The notes under the pieces are model-generated. The model saw only the letters and a list, made by a program, of their open reading frames with translations, did no database searches and was not told the DNA's origin. From positions 660,001 through 692,000 of the forward strand of contig CP104013.1 of assembly GCA_025839675.1 (NCBI GenBank): a stretch of DNA of 32,000 bases, in the 5' to 3' direction. The stretch is from Candidatus Lokiarchaeum ossiferum. Its GTDB lineage: Archaea > Asgardarchaeota > Lokiarchaeia > Sigyniarchaeales > Promethearchaeaceae. Within the stretch, counting starts at the first letter, position 1. Each line of letters starts with the position of its first letter. This document shows positions 15,508 through 24,572 of this stretch, piece after piece. Position numbers and translations under genes: made by a program.

Positions 15508-16728
15508 TTGGAAATCCAAAATAATCGGCATAAAGTGCTTATCCCGAAATGGCTAAGAATTTTTGATATTTTATCTGGGATATTGTATGTGATAGTAGCT
15601 TGTCTTAGTATCATAAATTTAGACCATAAGCAAATAGCAAGGGTTTATCTTCTGGCAATTAATCTACTTCTTTTGGGATTTGTAAAAATTATTTCAGGGT
15701 TAAATTACAACAAAATTAGCAAAAAAATGTTGGTTCTAAATGCATTTATGGGTATTAGTATTATAGTTTTTGCAATTTACATCATTCTTATTCCAGATAT
15801 GATTTTTGAATCATTGGTTTTACTAATCTTAATTGCGATAATGGGTCAAGGAATATATCGCACTTTATTTGCAATTTTTAATAAAAAACTAAGTATTTGG
15901 GCCACATTTGTAAATTTGAGTATAGGAATTTTAATGATTGCAATTTCCACAATTGTATATCAGACCACAAATTTATCAATTGAGATATTAATAGTACTTT
16001 TATCAATCTCCTTTATAATTAATGCTATTGGAAGAATTTTATCGGGCATTTCCGGTTATTATAATAGTAGCAAAATTTTGACAAGATCACAACCTACACG
16101 AAAAAATTATAGATTATTTTTATGGATAATGACTTCAGTTATGCTTTTATCGATCGTTTTCGCAATCATATTTTATCCTGAACAATACCTTTGGAACGAA
16201 GAATACATTAGCAATTTGGGTCGCATTTCCAGCCGTTCTGGTCTTGAAAACACAACGTCCAGATTAATTTTTACAGTTGGATTCCTGTATGTTAGTGCGA
16301 GTATGTTTTTTCTATCTATATTCATATTATTTGATAAAAAACTAAATAAACTTGATGTTTCAAAAAGTATTTTTCTATTCTTATCGGGTGTTGGCTCTTT
16401 AGGCACTGCGGTACCAACGGGTTTACCAGAAACATCGTCCATTCACATTTGGGGAACCGCTTTGTTTATCTTTTCATTCATTGTCTTTTTAATTTTATCA
16501 CATTTTGTAAAATATAAAAAAACCAAACTGAATAAAAGGAAAAAAACAGATGATATTTTTGACAAATCATTTTCGTTTGTTGTAGTTATTTGCACTACAC
16601 TTTATTTACTTACCTTTCTTTTCAAGATAGAACAGTATGTTTACTTAGCACAGAAAATTGTATTTCTGCTTCTGATAATTTTAGTGCTTTTATTGGATAA
16701 AGAAGATTTTAGTGAATCCTTTAAGTAA
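15508..16728 (+). CDS. Membrane protein: N-terminal DUF308/HdeD-like domain fused to a DUF998-like C-terminal polytopic domain
   Basis: Residues 14-190 align at about 40% identity by eye with the 17274-17840 product (shared AIFNKK-x3-WAT, RILSG-x2-GY). The C-terminal half has an ISNLG motif after its first helix, as in DUF998. It must start at a non-ATG codon (TTG 15508 or GTG 15535), because the first ATG is codon 74, inside the conserved region. Confidence 0.7.
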   Translation: MEIQNNRHKVLIPKWLRIFDILSGILYVIVACLSIINLDHKQIARVYLLAINLLLLGFVKIISGLNYNKISKKMLVLNAFMGISIIVFAIYIILIPDMIFESLVLLILIAIMGQGIYRTLFAIFNKKLSIWATFVNLSIGILMIAISTIVYQTTNLSIEILIVLLSISFIINAIGRILSGISGYYNSSKILTRSQPTRKNYRLFLWIMTSVMLLSIVFAIIFYPEQYLWNEEYISNLGRISSRSGLENTTSRLIFTVGFLYVSASMFFLSIFILFDKKLNKLDVSKSIFLFLSGVGSLGTAVPTGLPETSSIHIWGTALFIFSFIVFLILSHFVKYKKTKLNKRKKTDDIFDKSFSFVVVICTTLYLLTFLFKIEQYVYLAQKIVFLLLIILVLLLDKEDFSESFK

Positions 16729-16785
16729 AATTTAATATTCTATGTTTTTTTCAAATTAGTAATTTAATCATTAGGCGAGTCTGAA

Positions 16786-17184
16786 ATGGTAAAAATATTC
16801 ATAAGCTTTCGTAAAAACGATGACGAATTTCGGCTAAAAATAAAAGAAGATTTAGAGAATAATCATTTCCATTTCTCTAGTGTATAGAAATACACAGCAG
16901 ACCATATCAACGAATTTAGTCCACTAAAAATAGAAAAAATAATTAAATCAAAGATGAAATCGTGTCAAATTGTAATTTATTTAGTTGGAAATGCTTCATT
17001 TAGAAGTAAATGGCAGGATGCAGAAATGAAGCTTGCTTTAAGGCAAAATTTGCCAATATTCCTAATTCGAATACCAAAAACAACAGGTCCAGTTCCACAA
17101 CCAGTTAATCATCTACATGCAATAAATTGGGAACCAAAATTAATAATAAGCAAAATTAAAGAAAAAACGAATTCTTTGAATTAA
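16786..17184 (+). pseudogene. TIR-like (DUF1863 / MTH538 / ThsB-like) gene interrupted by a single in-frame TAG at 16885-16887
   Basis: My manual translation from ATG 16786 is MVKIFISFRKNDDEFRLKIKEDLENNHFHFSSV*KYTADHINEFSPLKIEKIIKSKMKSCQIVIYLVGNASFRSKWQDAEMKLALRQNLPIFLIRIP... The track ORF 16954-17184 is the in-frame continuation (16954-16786 = 168 nt). The FISF..D start and the IVIYLVG-x3-F-x2-S-x-W-x3-E core match TIR-like DUF1863 landmarks. Confidence 0.6.
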
Positions 17185-17273
17185 TTGGAAATGGGAAAAA
17201 AAAACGCTATTGACGAAATAAAAAACAAATAAATTTTCCAATTATCAATTAAAAAAAAATTTTTTTACTTATC

Positions 17274-17840
17274 TTATTTCTGTTCCTGATCTAGTTTGAC
17301 ATACCCTTGAACACCAGATAGAATTCTTACAACTCCATTTAAGAGAAATATAATTGTAAGGATGACAATGAGAGATAAGAGAGCCAAATCTTGATAGAAA
17401 AAGACGAAAATACATATTCCCACTGCGAGTAACCCCACAATCAAATTCATTAAGGTTGCCCAAAATTTTATTTTTTTATTAAAGATAGCAAATAAAATTC
17501 TATATAATCCCTGAAGTAACAAACTTGCCCCTACAAGGACTAGTACACCAATTGTTCCCCAATCTGGATAAATAATAGTCAAAATACTTGCAGCAATAAA
17601 AATTAGACCTAGGAAGAAATTGAATAACATCCAGCCTTTTGAAACTAGCTTATAATTAATTCCATTCATAATTTTTGCAAAACCCATTAAAAACAAATTT
17701 GCGGCTAGAAAATAGACCAAAGTCAGTGTTTCTAATTGCAAATTATAAAATAATGCTCCCGAAATAAGTATATACAGCATACCAATAATTATATTAAATA
17801 CACGTAGCCAAGGAGGCATTTTAACACCGATTTTCACCAT
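17274..17840 (-). CDS. DUF308/HdeD-like membrane protein (paralog of the 15508-16728 N-terminal domain)
   Basis: Six hydrophobic helices. It is a clear paralog of the neighbouring convergent gene. ATG 17840 (MVKIGVKMPPWLRVF) or ATG 17819 is preferred over the track TTG at 17885. Confidence 0.75.
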   Translation of the reverse strand: MVKIGVKMPPWLRVFNIIIGMLYILISGALFYNLQLETLTLVYFLAANLFLMGFAKIMNGINYKLVSKGWMLFNFFLGLIFIAASILTIIYPDWGTIGVLVLVGASLLLQGLYRILFAIFNKKIKFWATLMNLIVGLLAVGICIFVFFYQDLALLSLIVILTIIFLLNGVVRILSGVQGYVKLDQEQK

Positions 17841-18217
17841 AATTTTCACTCCAAAAATTAGAGTAATTACAATATAGCATTGCAAACTTTATTAATGTGT
17901 TAGGAATTTTTTAATTGCAATTTCCAATATTGGCTATTGAAAAATAAGAAATCAAAAGCATAATAAATCAAAATAATGAATTAACTGAGAATTTTGCATT
18001 CTTAGATGATTATGTTGTAAAAATATTATTTGAAAGATTTCATCAAGCTGGAAAAAAAGAATAAAAGTTCAATTTAGTAAAAAAGTGTAAAAAACATAGA
18101 TTTCATGCAAATCGCCTTCAAGCCTCAGAACTCTCAGATTAAGGTCTTAGGATTGAAATAATTGACTTGACACTCCAAAATACCACAATCCTCCTATTTT
18201 TGTTCAGAAAAAAAAAC

Positions 18218-19285
18218 TCATTTCGAAAAGAAATTCTTACGCTTAAAATAATATATCATTAAACCTACAACAATAACCATGACGCCGATCAATATTGGAT
18301 AGGAGGGTTTCCAGTCCAGTTCAGGCATATATTTGAAATTCATACCATAAAAACCAGACATAAAGGACAATGGGATAAAAATGGTTGAAATAATCGTCAA
18401 AACTTTCATAATATCATTCATTTTATTACTTACACTGGATAAATAAAGATCAAACATGCCAAAAATAATATCTCGTTGATTATCAATAAGATCGGACAAT
18501 CTAAATATATGATCATATATATCTCGAAAATAAATTTCTAGTCCAGAGGAAAATAATGGAGATGCTTCTCGTTGAATTTTATTGATTACTTCTCTTAATG
18601 GCCATATTGATTTTCGAAAATCATTAACATCTCGTTTCAATCGGTAAATACTTTGTAACAATACCGGTTTAGGGTCATCAATGACAGGATCCTCCAAACT
18701 TTCTATGGAGGATTCAATTATATCTATGATGGAAAAGTAAGTATCAATGGTTATATCGATTAAACAATAGAATAAATAATCGGCAAGAGAACTTCGAACT
18801 TTACCTTTCGGCAAGGAAATACGCTCTAAAATAGGTAAAAAGAGATTTCCTTCGCGTTCTTCAAATGAGAGAACATAATTTTTTCCCAAGATTAAGCTCA
18901 CTTGATCATAAGTAATTTCATTCGATGGAGCATCCCAATAAATGTTTTTTAGAACGGTATAAATGTAGGTTCTATAGTCTTCATATTTAGATCTTTGTGA
19001 AGTAGCAAAGATATCTTCCATTACAAGGGGGTGTATTTCGAATAAATTTAATACCTGTGAAATTAGATCAATATTTTTTAAACCAATAATTCGAATCCAG
19101 CGAACGGATTGTTCAAAATGAGGAGCAACATCACATTTTTCTGTTGTAATTTCTCGGGTTTCAAAATTTTGTTCATTAAATTCGATTATATATGCTTGAG
19201 TTTCAAATGCTGCTTTTTCTCCACTATATACAAGAGTTCCAGGAGGTAATCCTTGTTTTTTTCCTTTTTTGTTTCTTTTAATCAT
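18218..19285 (-). CDS. corA: CorA-family Mg2+/Co2+ transporter
   Basis: C-terminal TM pair with the signature YGMNF (FMSGFYGMNFKYMPELDW) and a long cytoplasmic N-terminal domain. ATG 19285 is preferred over TTG 19306. Confidence 0.9.
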   Translation of the reverse strand: MIKRNKKGKKQGLPPGTLVYSGEKAAFETQAYIIEFNEQNFETREITTEKCDVAPHFEQSVRWIRIIGLKNIDLISQVLNLFEIHPLVMEDIFATSQRSKYEDYRTYIYTVLKNIYWDAPSNEITYDQVSLILGKNYVLSFEEREGNLFLPILERISLPKGKVRSSLADYLFYCLIDITIDTYFSIIDIIESSIESLEDPVIDDPKPVLLQSIYRLKRDVNDFRKSIWPLREVINKIQREASPLFSSGLEIYFRDIYDHIFRLSDLIDNQRDIIFGMFDLYLSSVSNKMNDIMKVLTIISTIFIPLSFMSGFYGMNFKYMPELDWKPSYPILIGVMVIVVGLMIYYFKRKNFFSK

Positions 19286-19434
19286 TAACCCATTATGGGT
19301 AGACAAATCAAATAAATCTTCATACTGATAAATCCAAAATTTAATTGGCTACAATTTCAAGAATGAAAAAAAAAACCGTGAAAAAAAGCAATTTACTGCG
19401 CAAAATCCAGTTTCATAAATCATTTTAAATAAAA

Positions 19435-19827
19435 ATGACGAGATATTATATTATGCCAGTCTCTAAAGAAAAATTTCCCAAATATGCAATTCCTTTATTC
19501 AACTCTTGGGTTGCATTGTGTAATTTCGCATTAATTATCATTGCTTCAATATGGTATGCAACAAACCCATCAAAACTTGGAAATAATCCAGAATTAGCGT
19601 TTGGATTAACAATTGGTATAAATATTCTTAGTTTATTAATGTTAGTCCCATTTCTCAAATTGGATGAAATTCCACGTTTCATTATTGGTGCAATTATCTG
19701 GTATATTATAGTTTCTATTGTGTATATAATACTTGGATTATATATTTTTGTCATTTTTGGAACAATTCAACTCATAGCAGATATCTGGCTTGATTTCAAA
19801 ATCATGAAAGTTGGTTCAAATAGTTAG
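19435..19827 (+). CDS. Hypothetical small membrane protein (4 predicted TM helices)
   Basis: Track ORF of 130 aa with four hydrophobic stretches. No family recognised. Confidence 0.55.
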   Translation: MTRYYIMPVSKEKFPKYAIPLFNSWVALCNFALIIIASIWYATNPSKLGNNPELAFGLTIGINILSLLMLVPFLKLDEIPRFIIGAIIWYIIVSIVYIILGLYIFVIFGTIQLIADIWLDFKIMKVGSNS

Positions 19828-19921
19828 GATTTTAGATCAATTTCAATGATCTTAGTTTTTTTCTACATTGGTCTTAAAACAGAGGGTTAAATAAATAATC
19901 CATACTTCAGATATTTTCTCT

Positions 19922-20239
19922 TTATGAAGTCCAACTACCAAACAAACTTAGCGATTTACGAACCAAAGTACTATACTTGTCTAATATGGAATACACTTTT
20001 TGTTCATTAATTAATTGAACTTGAAGCAAGTTTACTTTTACTAAATTTTGAAGACAATATCGAATGGTAGAAGTAGGGATTTGCTCATTATTAAAACAAA
20101 TTTCCTTCAATGTTCTAGAATTGTTAGAATTATCTAAATATTCTAAAATTATACGAAAATTTACTCGAAATAAGAAATACCCAACAATGATCTCTTCCCT
20201 ACTGACACCAAAACATCCAAAGATCTTCATACGTTTCAT
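19922..20239 (-). CDS. Putative winged-helix (ArsR/TrmB-like) transcriptional regulator
   Basis: RIILEYLDNSNNSRTLKEICFNNEQIPTSTIRYCLQNLVKVNLLQVQLINEQKVYSI fits a helix-turn-helix plus wing pattern. ATG 20239 (MKRMKIF) is preferred over the track start at 20305. Confidence 0.55.
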   Translation of the reverse strand: MKRMKIFGCFGVSREEIIVGYFLFRVNFRIILEYLDNSNNSRTLKEICFNNEQIPTSTIRYCLQNLVKVNLLQVQLINEQKVYSILDKYSTLVRKSLSLFGSWTS

Positions 20240-20388
20240 TTCAAGCGATTTAATAATCTTAAATTCCAAGACTACTTTTTCTATAGTAAAATTAAGATAA
20301 AACAATTGATCATTTATTTCTATCGAACATTTTCGTTTCTATGACAGAAGAGTTCAAGTTAGAAAATTCATGATTATAATATCATTTT

Positions 20389-20487
20389 TTAGAAATGTGA
20401 GTTCAAATAAAATGTTTCCTTGATACCGAACAATATTACATGCTTATCAATGATTGAATACACTGTTTGCTCGTTAAGAAGTTCGAA
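20389..20487 (-). pseudogene. Start-less C-terminal fragment paralogous to the adjacent wHTH gene
   Basis: My manual translation is FELLNEQTVYSIIDKHVILFGIKETFYLNSHF*. LLNEQTVYSIIDKH matches LINEQKVYSILDKY of the 19922-20239 product at 10 of 14 positions. There is no upstream start, and an in-frame stop lies at 20509-20511. Confidence 0.3.
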
Positions 20488-20512
20488 GAAAAAAAAACCC
20501 CCTTTGCATTAC

Positions 20513-21406
20513 TCAATTCTTTTTTTTAAATGATATTGGGATTAGAACAGGAGTATTCTTTTTATATTCTTCATAATCATCTTGTCCACCCCATTTCTTA
20601 TCTGCATAATCTTCTAATAGAGGGAGCCCACTTATCTTTGTTAATAGAAACAAGACAAAAAGTGGTGAAATTAAAGCAAACCATCTCCAACCTTGAAGGG
20701 TGGTAATTGAAATTAGTGCAATACCAACCCATAGAGTGATTTCACCAAAGTAGTTAGGATGGCGAGAAATGTCCCACAATCCCCCATGAATAAATTTTCC
20801 TTGATTGGCTGAATCTTCTCTAAATTTCTTTTTTTGGTGATCTGCAAGTGCTTCAAAGTAAAAACCAAGAATCCACAACAAAACACCAAGGATCATTGTT
20901 ATCCAATCCCAGATCCCATAATCCAGTTTTGGAGCAGTTAATGCTGCAAGTGCAGCAGCAGTAGTAAAACTGACCCATAAACCTTGAATATTCCATGCTC
21001 TGAAGAATTCAAGACCAGATTTTTTCATTTCTGTAAAGCGTTTATCTTCTCCTGCCTTCACAATTCTTTTAAATAGAAATAAACCAAGGCGTAAAGTCCA
21101 TATCAGCACCAATATCAAAATTATTATCGATCTAAAGTCAAAAGCTCCCACTAAAATTGTCGATAAAATAATAACTGTGATATATGTAAAAGATCCTGTA
21201 AGATCATAATATTTTTCTGTTTTAAAAATGAACGATGGGATAAAAACAATCCATTGGATACCAAAGGCGATGATTACCATCAATCCATAAATAGGAAAAC
21301 TACCAAAAACAGTCGTACCACCATAACTAACAGCAAATGCTAACCCCACAGCGATTAAACACACAATTAGATTTTGAAAAATTATATTCCAGTTTTTTTT
21401 TTCCAT
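20513..21406 (-). CDS. DUF1295 / steroid 5-alpha-reductase-like membrane protein
   Basis: Polytopic, with the C-terminal signature GGLWDISRHPNYFGEITLWVG typical of DUF1295/ICMT-like enzymes. Confidence 0.8.
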   Translation of the reverse strand: MEKKNWNIIFQNLIVCLIAVGLAFAVSYGGTTVFGSFPIYGLMVIIAFGIQWIVFIPSFIFKTEKYYDLTGSFTYITVIILSTILVGAFDFRSIIILILVLIWTLRLGLFLFKRIVKAGEDKRFTEMKKSGLEFFRAWNIQGLWVSFTTAAALAALTAPKLDYGIWDWITMILGVLLWILGFYFEALADHQKKKFREDSANQGKFIHGGLWDISRHPNYFGEITLWVGIALISITTLQGWRWFALISPLFVLFLLTKISGLPLLEDYADKKWGGQDDYEEYKKNTPVLIPISFKKKN

Positions 21407-21723
21407 TTCAATACTTCCAAAATTCTTAGCGATATCAAATGATAATCTGTATTATGAAGTTAAATTCCTTTACCAAATTTTTTATCAACGCTTTGTTTAT
21501 ACTGCTTTCTTTTTTGTATTTTTCAACAATTTGATTTTATAATATATAATTCTGGAAAGAAAATCAATACTTATCATTTCCAAAAGAAAATTGATTTCTG
21601 GTCCATTATGAGAAAAATCCTTTACTATGAATGATTGTTTTCTTTATAGATTACAAAATTTTAGTTGTAATAGATAATTTTGTGTCGAAAAATATTAATA
21701 GAAGTGTGAGTATAGTTTTTTTC

Positions 21724-22245
21724 ATGGTTGAAATTCGAAAACAATTTTGCTCATGCATATTATTAATCGTTGGTATTGGATGTTTTATCGGGATATTGTT
21801 TAACCAAAATAACAAGTATGATGAAAGTTTTGAATTTTTGGAAAGTGATCTTTCTATGTCTGGAATTTTAGAAATAGAAACTCCAGAAGAAAATAAAACA
21901 GAATATCTTATATCCAAACTAGAGATCACTATTAAATCAGAATCTATTGAAGATTTGAAAAATAGGTTTACTTATGATAATATTGAATTCCGTCTTCATA
22001 CTCTATGGGTTTTTAATAATAATTCCATGGACTGGATTTTTACTCCTAATACACTCATGTTAAATTTTACCAAAGCAAATCTCCCGACACTCAATGATAT
22101 ATGGTACTATAACATTTTTGCTGGAGATTATGAGCTTAGTGATCCTGAAGCGGATAATATTGAATTCAGTATTAGACTAAAAGATACAATTTCACCATAT
22201 GTTTATACATTTCCGGCAACAATATTGACCCCGATCTTAGTATAG
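21724..22245 (+). CDS. Hypothetical N-terminally anchored extracytoplasmic protein
   Basis: ATG 21724 (MVEIRKQFCSCILLIVGIGCFIGILF) gives a signal-anchor followed by a beta-rich-looking domain. No family recognised. Ends in TAG. Confidence 0.5.
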   Translation: MVEIRKQFCSCILLIVGIGCFIGILFNQNNKYDESFEFLESDLSMSGILEIETPEENKTEYLISKLEITIKSESIEDLKNRFTYDNIEFRLHTLWVFNNNSMDWIFTPNTLMLNFTKANLPTLNDIWYYNIFAGDYELSDPEADNIEFSIRLKDTISPYVYTFPATILTPILV

Positions 22246-22359
22246 TTCTTCAATTATAAGAATGTAGTTTAAAAAACGTTATCCTAATCATCTTAACAAT
22301 TTTTTTTTGTATAATTATAATTTGAAATGAATTCTGTAAATAGGATATGAAATATAACT

Positions 22360-23484
22360 ATGAAGCATTATATACCATTTTATCATAGTTACAGTATGTC
22401 ATCAGTAGAATCACATGAGACAGAAGAAGATGTAATCAAACCATCATCTTTTTCAAAAAAAATCAATTCTGCAACAATTGCGTTAATTGTGGGAATTGTT
22501 GTTAGTTTATTGCTTATTTTGGCAATTTGGTTATTAACGCCAAATCTTGCTCGTTTTGAGGACATATTACTCCCAGATCAAGGTGCAGCGTGGTATTTTT
22601 GGAAATTACCAGAACGAAATTCATGGATACTGTTATCGGCTTGGTTATTGTATGCTATTCACCAAATTTTCATTTGGGCAACCATCTTTCTTGCTCAGAA
22701 GAATAAATATAAAACAACATCCGAACTGAAGAAATTAAACTACTTTTCATTATTTGGAAATCTATTCTTCATTCTATTACATATTATTCACACACAATTA
22801 TTTTATGATAAAACAGCGCAAGACATGCCAGTATGGACCTCCCAAGGAAGTGTGATTTTGATGCTTTCTATTATTATAGTGATGGAAACCCCTCGAAGAG
22901 GATTCATATTGGGTAAAAAATTAAATTTTAAAAAGGAAGTTATAAAATTCTTCCGTAAATATCATGGATATTACATCTCTTGGGCATTAATTTACACCTT
23001 TTGGTTCCATCCTGCCACTGGAACTTTGGCTCATATTTGGGGATTCTTCTATATGTTCTTATTATTGCTTCAAGGGTCATTAATGTACACAAAAATTCAC
23101 ACAAATAAGTATTGGACGGTAATTTTGGAATCTTTGGTGGCAATTCATGGGGCTTTAGTAGCCGTCTGGCAAGCTCAAGCAGCAGGTATTGCCCTAAAAG
23201 ATAGTATGTGGCCAATGTTCTTCTTAGGATTTGCCGCTATGTTCGTGCTTGCCTACATGTATGGTTTAGGATGGCCAAAATATGTTCAAATAATCATTTC
23301 CAGCATCTATGTGCTATTTATGGTATGGCTCTATAGTAGCTGGGGATATGGTCGAGATTTTAGTAAATTGATTTCCTTTGAGTTCTTATGGATCCCAATC
23401 ATATTGTTTGGAATTGCCTTAGCATTTGGATATGGAGGAAATTTAATAGTTAAGTTGAAAAAATCTTCAAAAACGGAGGCTTAA
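22360..23484 (+). CDS. Hypothetical polytopic membrane protein, His/Trp-rich helices
   Basis: Track ORF of 374 aa with about 9 hydrophobic helices and intramembrane His residues (AIHQIFIW, LLHIIHTQ, FWFHPATGTLAHIWG, AIHGALV). No family recognised. Confidence 0.65.
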   Translation: MKHYIPFYHSYSMSSVESHETEEDVIKPSSFSKKINSATIALIVGIVVSLLLILAIWLLTPNLARFEDILLPDQGAAWYFWKLPERNSWILLSAWLLYAIHQIFIWATIFLAQKNKYKTTSELKKLNYFSLFGNLFFILLHIIHTQLFYDKTAQDMPVWTSQGSVILMLSIIIVMETPRRGFILGKKLNFKKEVIKFFRKYHGYYISWALIYTFWFHPATGTLAHIWGFFYMFLLLLQGSLMYTKIHTNKYWTVILESLVAIHGALVAVWQAQAAGIALKDSMWPMFFLGFAAMFVLAYMYGLGWPKYVQIIISSIYVLFMVWLYSSWGYGRDFSKLISFEFLWIPIILFGIALAFGYGGNLIVKLKKSSKTEA

Positions 23485-23514
23485 CTTTTTTTAATCATTT
23501 TATTACTATCAAAT

Positions 23515-24426
23515 TCAACATATTTTTACAACCACATTTCCCTTTTTGTGCCCTTTTTCGACATATTTATGAGCTTCGATTATATCCTCAAACGGATAAG
23601 TTCTATCTATGACAGGTTTTAATTTTCCCTCAATAATCAAATCTTTTAGAAAATTTAATTGTTCCACTTTCAGTTTACCTGAAGTTTTATGAATATCCAA
23701 ATAAACACCTGTTTTTTTAAGAAGTTTTTGTCCAATTTTAGGAGGAAGTTTGCTCACTGCATCAAAGATAACATCATATTGAAGACCTTGTTGGGTCAAA
23801 TCTTCTTTCGTATAATCAATGACTCTATCTGCTCCCAGAGTTTTTACCAGGTTTAAATTTTTAGTACTACAAACCCCAGTAACTTCCCCACCAAAATACT
23901 TCGCTAGCTGCACTGCATATGTTCCAGTACTTCCAGAAGCGCCATAAATTAATACTTTTTGACCTCTTTGAATCTTTGCCTTTCTTATATTGTGTAATGC
24001 AGTGAGTCCACCTCCAGGAACCGCAGCTGCTTCTTCAAATGACAATAATCTTGGTTTTATTGCAATAATCCCATTTTCTGAAAAGCACTTATATTCCGAA
24101 TACCCACCCATATTTTCATCAAATGTTGAAGCAAAAACTTGGTCTCCGATTTTAAATTTTGTCACTTCACTTCCAACAGCTTCAATTTCACCCGCTAATT
24201 CCATTCCAAGTATGGGACGCTTGGGTTTTTTGAAACCCAAATACATATGGGCCATCAATCCCATTCCCCGAGGAACTATAAAACTTCGCATCCGGATATC
24301 CCCAGAAGTTACAGTGGTAGCATGAATTTTAATTAAAACCTGATGTGCTTTAGGACGAGGTTTCTCAACTTCTTTTATCTCCAGAACTTCGGGAGCCCCA
24401 AATTTTGTATATATTATCGCTTTCAT
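23515..24426 (-). CDS. NAD(P)-dependent oxidoreductase, medium-chain dehydrogenase/reductase (quinone oxidoreductase-like)
   Basis: GroES-like N-terminus (VLIKIHATTVTSGDIRMR, ELAGEIEAVGSEV) and the Rossmann motif VLIYGASGSTGTYAVQLAK. Confidence 0.85.
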   Translation of the reverse strand: MKAIIYTKFGAPEVLEIKEVEKPRPKAHQVLIKIHATTVTSGDIRMRSFIVPRGMGLMAHMYLGFKKPKRPILGMELAGEIEAVGSEVTKFKIGDQVFASTFDENMGGYSEYKCFSENGIIAIKPRLLSFEEAAAVPGGGLTALHNIRKAKIQRGQKVLIYGASGSTGTYAVQLAKYFGGEVTGVCSTKNLNLVKTLGADRVIDYTKEDLTQQGLQYDVIFDAVSKLPPKIGQKLLKKTGVYLDIHKTSGKLKVEQLNFLKDLIIEGKLKPVIDRTYPFEDIIEAHKYVEKGHKKGNVVVKIC

Positions 24427-24572
24427 GTAAGGTTATCTCTATAAATTAATTTGATTGGAGTTTGATTAAAATATTTCTCTTTTTATAATCCTTTTCCATA
24501 TATCGATGGATTTCATCGATTATGTTGTATCAATAAGTTCTATTAGCAATAATTTTTATTAGTAATTCCAAA

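Noticed and set aside
16885-16887. Pyrrolysine or other systematic recoding of TAG as the explanation for the in-frame amber codon in the TIR-like gene.
   Set aside because: TAG terminates at least four other predicted genes in this window (stops at 1650-1652, 2062-2064, 3891-3893 and 22243-22245). No pyl genes or suppressor tRNA are visible. Recent pseudogenisation is the simpler explanation. The possibility is kept as a test inside the finding rather than as a claim.
15508-17885. A Thoeris-type defence system (ThsA + ThsB).
   Set aside because: Only a ThsB-like TIR-type ORF is present. No SIR2, Macro or SLOG (ThsA-like) effector gene is nearby. The flanking genes are DUF308 membrane proteins.
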